Shown here: piece after piece, positions 13,790-26,005 of the stretch | How positions within the stretch are numbered: position 1 is the stretch's first letter | How the letters are laid out: every line of letters begins with the position of its first letter | Source: Phyllobates terribilis | Lineage: Eukaryota | Assembly (NCBI RefSeq): GCF_046119375.1 | Contig: NW_027362769.1 | Span: forward strand, 108,438,001 to 108,502,000 | DNA length: 64,000 nt | Reading direction: 5' to 3' | Translations under genes and position numbers: made by a program | Notes under the pieces: generated by a model | The model's database searches: none | Told to the model about the DNA's origin: nothing | Seen by the model: only the letters and a program-made list of their open reading frames with translations

Positions 13790-14730
13790 TGTAGGGGCAT
13801 TAGTGTGGGGGTATTATACTGTGTATAAGCGAGCTATGGGGGCATCATACTGTGTATAGTGGGCTATTTGGGCAATATACTGTGTATAGAGGCTTTATGG
13901 GCATTATACTTTGTGAGGGCTACTCTGGGTGTTATATTGTTTATAGGGGCTTTTGTATATTATACTGTGCATACATAGGCTTTGGGGGCATTATACAATT
14001 TAAGGGCTACTGTTGGGACATTATACTGTGTATAGGGGCTTTTGAGTATGTATACTGTTTATGGGGGCTTTGGGGCATTATACTGTGTGATGAAAACTGC
14101 TTAAGCCCTCATACAGCATGGGAGGCATTACATTATGTATAGTAGGCTTTGAGGGCTATCACATTTGTATAGGGAGCTGTGCGGCCATCATACTATATAT
14201 AGGAAGCTGTGGGCAATCATAGTGTGTATAGTGGTTTGTGGGTAAATCATATTGCATATAGCGGATTTTAGGGACATTATGTTGTATATAGAGGAGCAGT
14301 GGGGCCATCATACTGTGCATAGGGGAGCAGCTGGGCCATCACACGGTGTATAGGGGAGCAGCGGGGCCTTCATACTGTGTATAGGGAAGCAGCGGGGCCT
14401 TCATACTGTGTATAGAGGAGCAGTGGGGCCATCATACTGTGTATAGGGGAGCAGCGGGGCCATCACACTGTGTATAGAGGAGCAGTGGGGCCATCACACT
14501 GTGTATAGGGGAGCAGTCGGGCCATCATACTATGTATAGTGGAGCTGTGGGCCCACTATACTGTGTATCGGGGAGCAGTGGGAGCCATCATACTGTGCAT
14601 TGGGGAGCAGTGGGAGCCATAATACTCTGTATAGAGGAGCAGTAGGGCCATCATACTGTGTATAGAGGAGCAGTGGGGCCATAATACTGTGTATAAGGAA
14701 GCAGCGGGCCATCATACTTTGTATAGGTGA
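13790..14730 (+). repeat. Minisatellite, ~31-32 bp unit GGGGCCATCATACTGTGTATAGGGGAGCAGT, degenerate at the left
   Basis: Direct tandem repetition seen in the sequence. Confidence 0.85.
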
Positions 14731-15839
14731 GATATTAGTCCATTGGGGTGACAGTAGGATGAGGAGTTTGTGCAGGTTGGGAATAGATGGCAATGGTGCT
14801 GGAGATGTGAGAAGTCAAAATCTTGTATGTTGTAAACTCTGCAGACAAGTCAAAGCTGGGAGAAGTTGGCATGGTGGTCTGGGCCTGATGAAAAAGACAG
14901 GAAAAGTGAACGACTCCATCAGAAAAAAGTCACCTGTAAATCACTATCTGAAACTGACTGTAATCTCTTATTATGTCTATCCTACACTATATGATCACAA
15001 TATGGCGGTAATATCAGTGTTGGTCTTTGTATAGATACTTAATTTCAGTAACAGCTTGGTTATCTGCCATGGTTCAACGATACCCATGATTAGGGTGCGC
15101 CACTGTAGTTGTAAACATAGTTGCCTGGTTAGGAGTCCATTGTAGATGAGTCGTGCCCACCTCCCCCATTTCTCTCTTGCTGACCCTCTATCTACGCCTC
15201 TGCTCTGTAGTAAAATACATGTAAGGATTTTATATATTCTATTTTAACTTTTAAATTAAACAAGCGATAAAGATTGAGCTCAGTTGACTTTTGAAACCAA
15301 TCTCTCCATGTCCATATTCATGGTTAGAAAATGCATTGGCGTTACTTTCTGAGGTTTTATAGACATTTACATTCTTTCTTGACTTGTCTAAAACAGATAG
15401 CGCTCATTACCATATGACCCAATAAATCTGCTGATGTATACAAGTCTGCCATCTAGGGTTCAGAATGATGAATTACTAGTCCAGGAATAAAGCTATAACT
15501 TTTGGGAATAATTTCTACAATTACAGCAACGACATTACCAAATCTTATTTATATGTTACAATGAGATGTGTGAAAGTAAATGTAACTTATTAATTTGACC
15601 TGAAAGAGAGATAATACAGTATGTTATCTAAGAGCAGTAAAAATCATATGGCCCAATGGCCTAATTTAAATATGTAATAACAAAGGATAAAAAACCTTGA
15701 ATAATATAGATAATAAAGTATGATGCAAACAAGTGCCCCCAAAAACAGTAACATACCCGCACAGTGAATTCTTCCACAGTACCCTCCACACGCACAGTAT
15801 GATGACCATACTGTACACCCCACACACACCCGCAACAAG

Positions 15840-17975
15840 GTATGGGGACCCCAACACAGTATGATGCCCCAATTCTGATCCCCACCCAGTCCTCCATACA
15901 GTGCATTGGGCCCACATAGTCCTCCATACAGTATAATGGGCCCACATAGTCCTCCATACAGTATAATGGCCCCACATAGTCCTCCATACAGTATAATGGG
16001 CCCACATAGTCCTCCATACAGTATAATGGGCCCACATAGTCCTCCATACAGTATAATGGGCCCCACCCAGTCCTCCATACAGTATAATGGGCCCCACATA
16101 GTCCTCCAAACAGTATAATGGCCCCACACAGTCCTCCATACAGTATAATGGGCCAACATAGTCCTCCATACAGAATAATGAGCCCCACATAGTCCTCCAT
16201 ACAGTATAATGGGCCCACATAGTCCTACATTCAGTAGAATGGGCCCACATAGTCCTCCATACAGTATAATGGGCCCACACAGTCCTCCATGCAGTATAAT
16301 GGGCCCACATAGTCTTCCATACAGTATAATGGGCCTCACATAGTCCTCCATACAGGATAATGGGCCTCACATAGTCCTCCATACAGGATAATGGGCCTCA
16401 CATAGTCCTCCATACAGAATAATGGGCCCCACATAGTCCTCCATACAGTATAATGGACCCCACATAGTCCTCCATACAGGATAATGGGCCTCACATAGTC
16501 CTCCATACAGGATAATAGGCCTCACATAGTCCTCCATACAGTATAATTGGCCCCACATAGTCTTCCATACAGTATAATGGGCCCCACATAGTCCTCCATA
16601 CAGAATAATGGGCCCCACATAGTCCTCCATACAGAATAATGGGCCTCACATAGTCCTCCATACAGAATAATGGGCCCCATATAGTCCTCCATACAGGATA
16701 ATGGGCCTCACATAGTCCTACATACAGTATAATGAACCCCACATAGTCCTCCATACAGGATAATAGGCCTCACATAGTCCTTCATACAGTATAATGGGCC
16801 TCACATAGTCCTCCATACAGTATAATGGGCCCCACATAGTCCTCCATACAGAATAATGGGCCCCACATAATCCTCCATACAGAATAATGGGCGTCACATA
16901 GTCCTCCATACAGGATAATGGGCCTCACAGAGTCCTCCATACAGGATAATAGGCCTCACATAATCCTCCATACAGAATAATGGGCGTCACATAGTCCTCC
17001 ATACAGTATAATGGGCCCACATAGTCCTCCATACAGTATAATGGGCCCCACCCAGTCCTCCATACAGTATAATGGGCCCCACATAGTCCTCCAAACAGTA
17101 TAATGGCCCCACACAGTCCTCCATACAGTATAATGGGCCAACATAGTCCTCCATACAGAATAATGAGCCCCACATAGTCCTCCATACAGTATAATGGGCC
17201 CACATAGTCCTACATTCAGTAGAATGGGCCCACATAGTCCTCCATACAGTATAATGGGCCCACACAGTCCTCCATACAGTATAATGGGCCCACATAGTCT
17301 TCCATACAGTATAATGGGCCTCACATAGTCCTCCATACAGGATAATGGGCCTCACATAGTCCTCCATACAGGATAATGGGCCTCACATTGTCCTCCATAC
17401 AGAATAATGGGCCCCACATAGTCCTCCATACAGAATAATGGCCCCCACATAGTCCTCCATACAGTATAATGGACCCCACATAGTCCTCCATACAGGATAA
17501 TGGGCCTCACATGGTCCTCCATACAGGATAATAGGCCTCACATAGTCCTTCATACAGTATAATGGGCCTCACATAGTCCTCCATACAGTATAATGGGCCC
17601 CACATAGTCCTCCATACAGAATAATGGGCCCCACATAGCCCTCCATCCAGAATAATGGGCCCCACATAATCCTCCATACAGAATAATGGGCGTCACATAG
17701 TCCTCCATACAGGATAATGGGCCTCACAGAGTCCTCCATACAGTATAATGGACCCCACATAGTCCTCCATACAGGTTAATGGGCCTCACATAGTCCTCCA
17801 TACAGGTTAATGGGCCTCACATAGTCCTCCATACAGGATAATGGGCCCCACATAGTCCTCCATACAGGGTAATGGGCCTCACATAGTCCTCCATACAGGG
17901 TAATGGGCCTCACATAGTCCTCCATTCAGGATAATGGGCCTCACATAGTCCTTCATACAGTATAATGGGCCCTGC
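15840..17975 (-). repeat. Minisatellite, 31/32 bp unit (G)CCCACATAGTCCTCCATACAGTATAATGGG, block 1
   Basis: About 65 tandem units; contains a ~985 bp higher-order duplication. Confidence 0.95.
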
Positions 17976-18779
17976 ATTGCCTTCTAAGAGCAATTATTTA
18001 AGTGGTGAAAAAAAAATCCAAAGTTTGCTAAAAAACAAAAAAATGGTGCCATTTCCAAGACCCGTAGCGTCTCCATTTTTTGGGATATGGGGCTGGGTGA
18101 GGGCTTATTTTGTGCGCGCCCGGCTGACGTTTTTATTGATATCATTTTGGGGTAGATCCGATGTTTTGATCGCCCGTTATTGCATTTTATTGCAATGTTG
18201 TGGCAACCAAAAAAGCGTAATTCTGGCGTTTAGAATTTTTTTCTCGTTACGCCGTTTACCGATCGGATTAATTCTTTTTTATATTGATAGATCGGGCGAT
18301 TCTGAACGCGGCGATACCAAATATGTGTATGTGTTTTTTTTTTTATTATTTTATTTTGAATGGGGCAAAAGGGGGGTGATTTAAACTTTTATATTTTTTT
18401 AATTTTTTTAATATTTTTAAAAAATATTTTTTTTACATTTACTGCATGCTTCAATAGTCTCCATTGGACACTAGAAACAGCAGTTGTCTGATTGTTTCTA
18501 CTGCATACAAGCGATGAGCAGATCACCTGTATGCAGGAGAAATGCTCCTGTGGTATGAGCGCCGACCACTGGGTGGCACTCATAGCAATTGAGACATGAC
18601 AACCACAGGGGACTGCTGCAGACCCTGGGTTGTCAACGCCACCCATTGGTGATTCGCGATCATGTGACGAGGTCACCAATGGGCGGGGCCTAGGACGCGC
18701 TTCCTGGAAGCGCGAGTTAAATGACACTGTCAGAGATTGACAGCGGCATTTAACTGGTTAACAGCCACGGGTGGAACGT
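17976..18779. mobile_element. Internal fragment of an abundant frog non-autonomous DNA element, interrupting the minisatellite
   Basis: Non-tandem sequence between two blocks of the same minisatellite; resembles common anuran Kolobok-like repeats (from memory); no termini identified. Confidence 0.5.
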
Positions 18780-19320
18780 GATAAAGTATAATGGCCCCAC
18801 ATAGTCCTCCATACACTATAATGGGCCCTGCATTGCCTTCCATACTGCATAATGGCCCCACACAATCCTCCATACAGTATAATGGGCCCTGAATTGCCTT
18901 CCATACAGTATAATGGGCCCCACACAATCCTCCATACAGGATAATGGCCCCACATAGTCCTCCATACAGTATAATGGGCCCCACATAGTCCTCCATACAG
19001 TATAATGGCCCCGCATAGTCCTCCATACAGAATAATGGCCCCACATAGTCTTCCATGCAGGATAATGGCCCCACATAGTCCTCCATACAGTATAATGGGC
19101 CCTATTTAGCCTTCCATACAGTATAATGGGCCCTGAATTGCCTTCCGTGCAGTATAATGGACCCCACATAGTCCTCCTTACAGTATAATGGGCCCCACAT
19201 AGTCCTCCATACAGTACAATGGGCTCTGAATTGCCTTCCATGCAGCATAATGGACTCCACATTGTCCTCCATACAGTATAATGGGCCCATATAGTCCTTT
19301 ATACAGTATAATGGACCCCA
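18780..19320 (-). repeat. Minisatellite block 2 (same 31/32 bp family, with CCCTGAATTGCC variants)
   Basis: Tandem units seen directly. Confidence 0.9.
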
Positions 19321-20384
19321 CATTTTAAACATAAAACTAAATGCTCATGTCTCACTGGTCCCCCTCTGCTCTGGTCTCGGCAGCAAGAGCTGTCAAGCTC
19401 TTCACTGCCCGACAGAGCGGACGAGAGCTGGGGACGTCATCGCGCCCGCTGCGCTGAAACATCACACGCAGAGGGAAAATGATGGCGGAGAAAGTCTCAG
19501 CTGACAGCTCCCTCTTTCATCAATGCTTCCAACTGAATTGGCATCCAGGATCAGTGGAGGTGTAGCACTCGGCATCCCCGCCAATCAACTGTTCCCAGTG
19601 TCAGTGGTGGCCGGAACTGCTCAGTTACGGAGCTACGCTGCACAGCTCAGTCGTCTATATAGTGGACACAGTCGGGTACTGCACATCCGCCCCCTATTCA
19701 AATCTATAGGCCGCGTCCACTATTCCATCTACGGAGCTGCGCTGTGCAGAGACAAAGTTAAAAAAGGTTATACACTAGTTTGGCAACTCCTTCTTAAATG
19801 CCGTAGTCCCCCGAGATGTCTCCTGACGCTCGGCTCTGCCTTATTACCATGTTTATAAGTTTGATCTTCTTTGTTGGATTCACTTGTCCATTCATGAACA
19901 GGACCAACACCCACCATTGTGCTCTGCACATGAATACAGAATACATCATTTCACACAGAACAAAGAAATATTTTTCAAAAAAGGTTATGAATAAATGTTT
20001 TTTTTTTTATAATCGTTACAGACAATCTTTCTGGCACTTGTCACTGCTCCTGCAGTAATTTTTCCCGGAGTGGTTACCTCCCTTCCTTAAAGACCATGGC
20101 AGCTTTTCATATGGCCAATATGTGTCATGAGCAGCATAGGATCATCTTCCAGCAATCATTGCTATTAATATCATTGCATTGAAACCATTTCAAATAGACA
20201 GACAACATATAGTGGTCTTGCTAGTGACGGACGCTGACAGCTTGGGGCCCCTCTGCAAGAAATGTGTTTGGACCTCTCTCCTTTTATTGCGACAAAGCTA
20301 CAGATATAGATATATATATACATATACTCTTTATTTTTATGTAGCACTAACATATTCCGCAGCACTTTACATACATTATTATAT

Positions 20385-20697
20385 ACTTGCCTAATAATTC
20401 GGCACACAGTGTACACTGCTCAAAAAAATAAAGGGAACACTTAACAGAATATAACTCCAAGTAAATCAGACTTCTGTAAAATCAAACTGTCCACTTAGGA
20501 AGCAACACTGATTGACAATCAATTTCACATGCTGTTGTGCAAATGGAATAGACAATAGATGGAAATTATTGGCAATTATCAAGACACACTCAATAAAGGA
20601 GTAGTTGTGCAGGTGGGGACCACAAACCACATCTCAGTACCAATGCTTTCTGACTGATGTTTTGGTTACTTTTGAATGTTGGTTGTGCTTTCACACT
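20385..20697 (+). repeat. Inverted counterpart of 28870-29175: 27 bp TRT terminus + TA + 5' end of the DD34E Tc1
   Basis: 20385-20411 is the exact reverse complement of 29149-29175; 20414-20697 is the diverged reverse complement of 28870-29146. Confidence 0.85.
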
Positions 20698-20831
20698 GCC
20701 CTTCTACCCAGAGACTGTCCCTGTCACTTGCCGTGACTACCTGCCAGTCTTCCCTGGGAGCCACCCGCTTCCTTACAAGGACCGTCCCCTTGTATAGTTG
20801 CTCAGAGGTTCCACCTCCCAGACCCATTACA
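20696..20831 (+). repeat. 3' remnant (~135 bp) of the Gypsy 5' LTR
   Basis: Matches the end of the 3' LTR (to 26005) with 3 differences; ends TTACA. Confidence 0.9.
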
Positions 20832-20833
20832 GT

Positions 20834-20843
20834 TTGCTCGGGC
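20834..20843 (+). promoter_or_regulatory. Self-priming primer-binding site
   Basis: TTGCTCGGGC, 2 nt after the LTR end, is the perfect complement of LTR sequence GCCCGAGCAA (25284-25293) lying 30 nt after the TATA start. Confidence 0.8.
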
Positions 20844-20844
20844 C

Positions 20845-21795
20845 ATGGAACCCGGTGGCACCCAAACTCCCTCGCTCTCGGACCTATGCCATGAACTGTC
20901 CCGTCAGAGGTCCCAACAGGAGTCCATCCTGAGTCACCTGCGGAATGTCAACTCTCGCCTGGACACTCTGACTGCTCCACCAGCAACCACCGCTAGTGTC
21001 ATGACTCGCAACCCGGCAGCGCCGCTGCCCACCAATACCATGGCATCCTGCCCCGGTCCCCGGCTTTCTGCACCTCCTCGCTTCGGAGGCGACCCCGCTC
21101 TAGCCCGGGGCTTCATAAACCAGTGCACCCTGCACTTTGAACTCCTGGCCCACCAGTTTATCTCCGACCGAGCCAAAGTGGCATTCATCATGTCCCATCT
21201 CACTGGGGAGGCACTGGCATGGCTTAACCCTCTGTGGGAGAGAGGGGATCCCCTGGTGTCCGACCTGTCGTCTTTCCTCACTGCTTTCCGAAGGGTCTTC
21301 GATGAACCGGGACAAAAGACCTCATCTGCCTCCTCTTTGCTATGTCTCCGCCAAGGGAGTCTCACCGTGGGCCAATATGCCATACGGTTCCGCACCATCG
21401 CTTCTGAGCTTGCCTGGGATAATGAGGCCCTGGTGTCCGTCTTCTGGGAGGGCCTTTCCGGTCGGATTAAAGATGAGCTCGCCGGTCGGGACATTCCTAC
21501 CACCCTGAATGACCTGGTGTCTCTGGCTACCCGGATTGACATCCGGTTTCAAGAACGTACCAAAGAGACCACCCGTGAGAGAAGGTTTCCCCGCCTAGCT
21601 CCTACTTTCCAGAAACCTGTCTCCTCTTCTGTCACTCCCCGGGCGCACTCACCCGAGTCCATGCAGATCGACCTGACCAAGTTGGTCAAATCTCGCCAAG
21701 AGTCACGCCGAGCCGAGGGGAGCTGCTTCTATTGTGGCAGTAGGGAGCACCTGATTCGTTCCTGCCCGGAGAGGCCGGGAAACTCCAGTGTCTAG
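20845..21795 (+). CDS. gag: Gypsy Gag (PEG10/sushi-like capsid plus CCHC zinc knuckle), intact 316 aa
   Basis: PRFGGDPALARGFINQC, LRQGSLTVGQYAIRF, CFYCGSREHLIRSC. Confidence 0.9.
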   Translation: MEPGGTQTPSLSDLCHELSRQRSQQESILSHLRNVNSRLDTLTAPPATTASVMTRNPAAPLPTNTMASCPGPRLSAPPRFGGDPALARGFINQCTLHFELLAHQFISDRAKVAFIMSHLTGEALAWLNPLWERGDPLVSDLSSFLTAFRRVFDEPGQKTSSASSLLCLRQGSLTVGQYAIRFRTIASELAWDNEALVSVFWEGLSGRIKDELAGRDIPTTLNDLVSLATRIDIRFQERTKETTRERRFPRLAPTFQKPVSSSVTPRAHSPESMQIDLTKLVKSRQESRRAEGSCFYCGSREHLIRSCPERPGNSSV

Positions 21796-21822
21796 GACCG
21801 CTCAGAGAGGTCGCCCTAGACA
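21777..21822 (+). promoter_or_regulatory. -1 programmed ribosomal frameshift signal (gag-pol)
   Basis: G GGA AAC heptamer 21777-21783, 5-nt spacer, stem TGTCTAGG (21789-21796) / CCTAGACA (21815-21822); the -1 frame is open into LDSG protease and the 21984 ORF. Confidence 0.82.
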
Positions 21823-24800
21823 AAAATAAGTCCTCTCCAACCCTGACTTTATCTGTATCTATCTCCTGGGGAGAGAACCGTCACTTTGAACTCGCCCACC
21901 TGGACTCTGGATCCGCTGGAAACCTCATCTCTCAGTCCCTGGTTGAGAAATACCGTATTCCCACCAAGTCTCTGGCTGAACCTTTGTCAGTCGCCTCCGT
22001 GGATGGAAGACTCCTTCCGGTGACCATCCTGCTCGTCACGGAACCCATAACCCTGCAGGTGGGAATGCTGCACTCTGAGGTAATCTCCTTCCATGTGTTG
22101 TCCGGACTCTCCCACTCCCTATTGCTAGGTCTACCTTGGCTCCAGACACATGAACCCGTGTTGAACTGGCATTCTGGTGAAGTACTCCGGTGGGGGCCGG
22201 CCTGCCATAAGACCTGCCTGGTTCCGGTTCGTCCGGTTCGTCCTCCACCTATCCCAGCTAATTTACCCGGTCTTCCGGCTCCTTACTGGCCCTATGCTGA
22301 CGTCTTCGGTAAGAAGGAAGCAGAGACATTGCCCCCTCATAGGCCATATGATTGCCCGATCGACCTGGTACCCGGTGCCACTCCACCCCGTGGGCGTATT
22401 TATCCGTTGTCTGCGGCAGAAACCCGGGCCATGTCTGAGTACATAGAGGAGAATCTGGCCAGGGGATTCATCCGGAAGTCTACTTCCCCGGCTGGAGCCG
22501 GATTCTTCTTTGTCAAAAAAAAAGATGGCTCGCTTCGCCCCTGTATTGACTATAGAGGACTCAATCAGATCACGGTTAAAAATAAATACCCCCTTCCGCT
22601 CATCTCTGAGTTATTTGATCGTCTTAAAGGTGCCAGGATCTTCTCCAAGCTGGATCTACGCGGAGCATATAACCTGGTCCGTATCCGTCAGGGAGACGAG
22701 TGGAAAACAGCATTTAATACCCGGGACGGACACTATGAGTACCGTGTGATGCCCTTCGGTCTCTGCAATGCTCCCACCGTCTTCCAAGAACTGGTCAACG
22801 ACATCTTCCGTGACCTTCTTTACTCCTGCGTGGTGGTATACCTGGACGACATCTTGGTCTTCTCTCCGGATCTTCCCACACACCGGAGGGATGTTCGTCA
22901 GGTCCTCCTTAGGCTCAGGCAGAACCACCTCTATGCTAAATACGAGAAGTGCCTTTTTGAGCAGACCTCTCTTCCTTTCCTGGGCTATGTTATCTCCCAG
23001 ACAGGCTTGCGAATGGATCCCGAGAAGCTCTCTGCTGTCCTAAAGTGGCCCCGTCCGGAGGGCTTGAAGGCGATACAGCGATTCCTGGGCTTCGCTAATT
23101 ACTATCGTCTCTTCATTCCTCACTTCTCGTCACGGACTGCGCCCATATCTGCGCTCACCCGTAAGGGAGCAAATCCCAAGGTATGGTCATCCGAAGCTGA
23201 GGAGGCCTTCCTTTCCCTGAAACAAGCCTCTCCTCTGCCTCTGTGCTGCACCGTCCGGACTGCAACAAACAGTTCTACCTGGAGGTTGATGCCTCCACCT
23301 CTGGAGCCGGAGCGGTGCTCACCCAAAAGTCTTCCTCCGGGAGAATGGTAACCTGCGGCTTTTTCTCTAAAATCTTCTCCTCCTCTGAGCGCAATTATTC
23401 CATAGGAGACCGAGAACTGCTTGCCGTTAAATTGGCGCTGGAGGAATGGCGTTACCTGCTTGAAGGGGGCTCTATACCCGGTGATCATCTACACGGATCA
23501 CAAGAACCTGGCATATCTCCAAAATGCCCAGAGACTTAATCCACGTCAGGCCCGGTGGTCTTTGTTTTTTGCCCGCTTCGATTTCATCTTTCATTTCCGC
23601 CCGGCGGACAAAAATGTCAAAGCTGATGCCTTGTCCCGATCCTTCCTGTCCTCCGACCAAGAGGAGGAGCCTATGCACATTATCCACCCCTCCAAGGTGA
23701 TGAATGTGGCCCCCTTGGATTTGACTCGTCTTCCACCCGGCAAGACGTTCGTGGCGCCTCCAGACCGTGAGAGGGTTCTTCGCTGGGGTCATTCTTCTAA
23801 GCTAGCTGGCCATGCCGGCCAAAAGAAGACCTTCCTACTCATTTCCCGGCATTACTGGTGGTCTACCCTGCGTAAGGATGTGGTAGACTTCGTCTCTGCC
23901 TGTTCATCTTGTGGCCGCAACAAAGTTCCCAGACACTTACCAGCTGGTCATCTCCTGCCGCTTCCCACACCTGTTGCCCCGTGGCAACACATCGCTATGG
24001 ACTTCATTACCGATCTTCCTGTCTCTGCCGGGTGTACTGTCATTTGGGTGGTCGCGGACCGCTTCTCTAAAATGGCCCACTTCATTCCCCTGCCTGGTCT
24101 TCCGTCTGCACCTGAGCTGGCTAAGGACTTTATTCGCCATATCTTCCGTCTCCATGGCCTACCCCTCCACATCGTGTCGGATCGAGTGGTTCAGTTTACC
24201 TCACGCTTCTGGAGAGCCACATGTAAACTGCTGGACGTCACTCTGGACTTCTCCTCCGCTTACCACCCTCAGTCCAATGGTCAAGTGGAGCGGATCAATC
24301 AGATCCTTACCAGCTATCTCCGGCACTTTGTTAATGCCCACCATTCTGATTGGGTGGACCTCCTTCCTTGGGCCGAGTTCTCTTATAATAACCACGAGAG
24401 CGAATCCTCTTCCAAGTCCCCGTTCTTTATTGTCTATGGCCAGCACCCCCGGATTCCATTTCCCGTCTCCGCCTCTGTGGACAACCCTGCCATGCAGTCT
24501 CTTGTCAGCGAGTTTTCTACCATTTGGGAGAGTACTAGGTCTGCACTTCTTCAGTCCTCCGAGCGGATGAAGCGATATGCTGATAAGAGACGTCTGGATC
24601 CGCCACAATTCCGTCCGGGAGACAAGGTTTGGCTCTCTTCCAAACATGTACGGCTCAAGATACCCTCCTACAAGTTAGGTCCTCGCTTCATCGGTCCTTT
24701 TGAAATCCTCAGGCAAATTAATCCAGTGGCCTACAAATTAAAACTCCCGGCCACCTTACGGATTCCCAACTCCTTCCACGTATCTCTCCTCAAACCCGTT

Positions 24801-25016
24801 GTCTTTAACTCTTTTTCCAACAATCCAGGTACTCCTCCTGCTCTGGTTTCCGCTGAAGACGTCTTTGAGGTAGAAAGTATTCTGGCCACTAAGAGGGTAA
24901 GAGGAAAGACTTTTTTTTTGGTAGATTGGAAGGGGTTTGGTCCTGAGGAGAGAACATGGGAGCCCCGGGAGAACATCCATGCCCCTGTCATCCTTGCTAA
25001 ATTTCTCTCTGGCCTA

Positions 25017-25042
25017 AAAAAGGGGGGGCCTAAAGGGGGGGG
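25017..25042 (+). other. Gypsy polypurine tract
   Basis: AAAAAGGGGGGGCCTAAAGGGGGGGG then TAC|TGTAG. Confidence 0.8.
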
Positions 25043-25045
25043 TAC

Positions 25046-26005
25046 TGTAGCGTCGGCGTCCCTGCCCCCTGCTAGGCAGGGACGCCGTTCCCCTCACCTC
25101 TCCGCTCCGTGCCCGGCGGCTTCCTCCCGCTCTGCTGGCAGCGCGCGCTGCTTCCCGGCCTCTGTGCTTAGGGCGCGCGCGCTCCCCCTCTCTTAAAGGG
25201 GCCGTGTGCGCCGTCCTAAGGAGTCCCCGGCCAATGGCCGGAGGACCTCTCCATATATAAGGCACCTCCTCCAAAATGGAGGTGCCCGAGCAATGTTGTT
25301 GCAAAGCCTTCACTCTGCTTCAGCCCTCAGGTCCCGTTACCAGTTACCTGCCAGTCACCTGCCAGATTCCTGCTTGTTACCTGCCAGTCACCTGCCAGAT
25401 TCCTGCTTGATACCTGCCTGATATCCGCTTACCTGCTTGCAAGCCTGCGGTCCGACGGTCTGCCTTCCGACACCTGTCAGTCTGTCTATGGACCAGCTTG
25501 CCCGCTCACCTGGGAGCGCTCACCTGCTACCTGCCTGCTAGCCTACCTGGAGGCTCTGCCGTCACTTGCCGTGACCACCTGCCTGTCCAGAGACTCTTGC
25601 CCGCTCACCTGGGAGCGCTCACCTGCTACCTGCCTGCTAGCCTACCTGGAGGTTCTGCCGTCACTTGCCGTGACCACCTGCCTGTCCAGAGACTCTCGCC
25701 CGCTCACCTGGGAGCGCTCACCAGCCACCTGCCTGCTGTCCCTCTACCCAGAGACTGTCCCTGTCACTTGCCGTGACTACCTGCCCTTCTACCCTGAGAC
25801 TGTCCCTGTCACTTGCCGTGACTACCTGCCCTTCTACCCAGAGACTGTCCCTGTCACTTGCCGTGACTACCTGCCCTTCTACCCAGAGACTGTCCCTGTC
25901 ACTTGCCGTGACTACCTGCCCGTCTTCCCTGGGAGCCACCCGCTTCCTTACAAGGACCGCCCCTTGTATAGTTGCTCAGAGGTTCCACCTCCCAGACCCG
26001 TTACA
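25046..26005 (+). repeat. Gypsy 3' LTR (960 bp) with internal tandem repeats
   Basis: TGTAG...TTACA; CCAAT ~25230, TATATAA 25254-25260; 33-bp, 108-bp and 45-bp tandem units. Confidence 0.92.

Larger units (their letters stand above)
21777..25196 (+). pseudogene. pol: Gypsy Pol (protease, RT, RNase H, integrase, chromodomain) with two single-base frameshifts
   Basis: HLDSGSAGNLIS; LDLRGAYNLVRI; VYLDDILVFS; EVDAS/YTDHKNL; HAG...CSSC; AMDF/VSDR/QSNGQVER; FEVESILATKRVRGKTFFLVDWKGFGPEERTWEP. -1 near 23229, +1 near 23468; last frame runs through the PPT into the LTR. Confidence 0.92.
20696..26005 (+). mobile_element. Ty3/Gypsy chromovirus (sushi/Tf1 group) with truncated 5' LTR
   Basis: Partial 5' LTR, gag with CCHC, PR-RT-RH-IN-chromodomain pol, PPT and complete 3' LTR. 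Confidence 0.95.

Noticed and set aside
15644-19332. MEDYVGPLYC-type ORFs
   Set aside because: Translations of the 31/32-bp minisatellite
20832-20850. tRNA primer-binding site after the Gypsy 5' LTR
   Set aside because: No TGG start or recognisable tRNA 3' complement; the sequence pairs with the LTR's own predicted 5' end instead
20934-24991. Antisense and alternative-frame ORFs over the Gypsy, and GC/purine-rich ORFs in the solo LTRs
   Set aside because: Shadow ORFs of GC-rich TE sequence with no independent motifs
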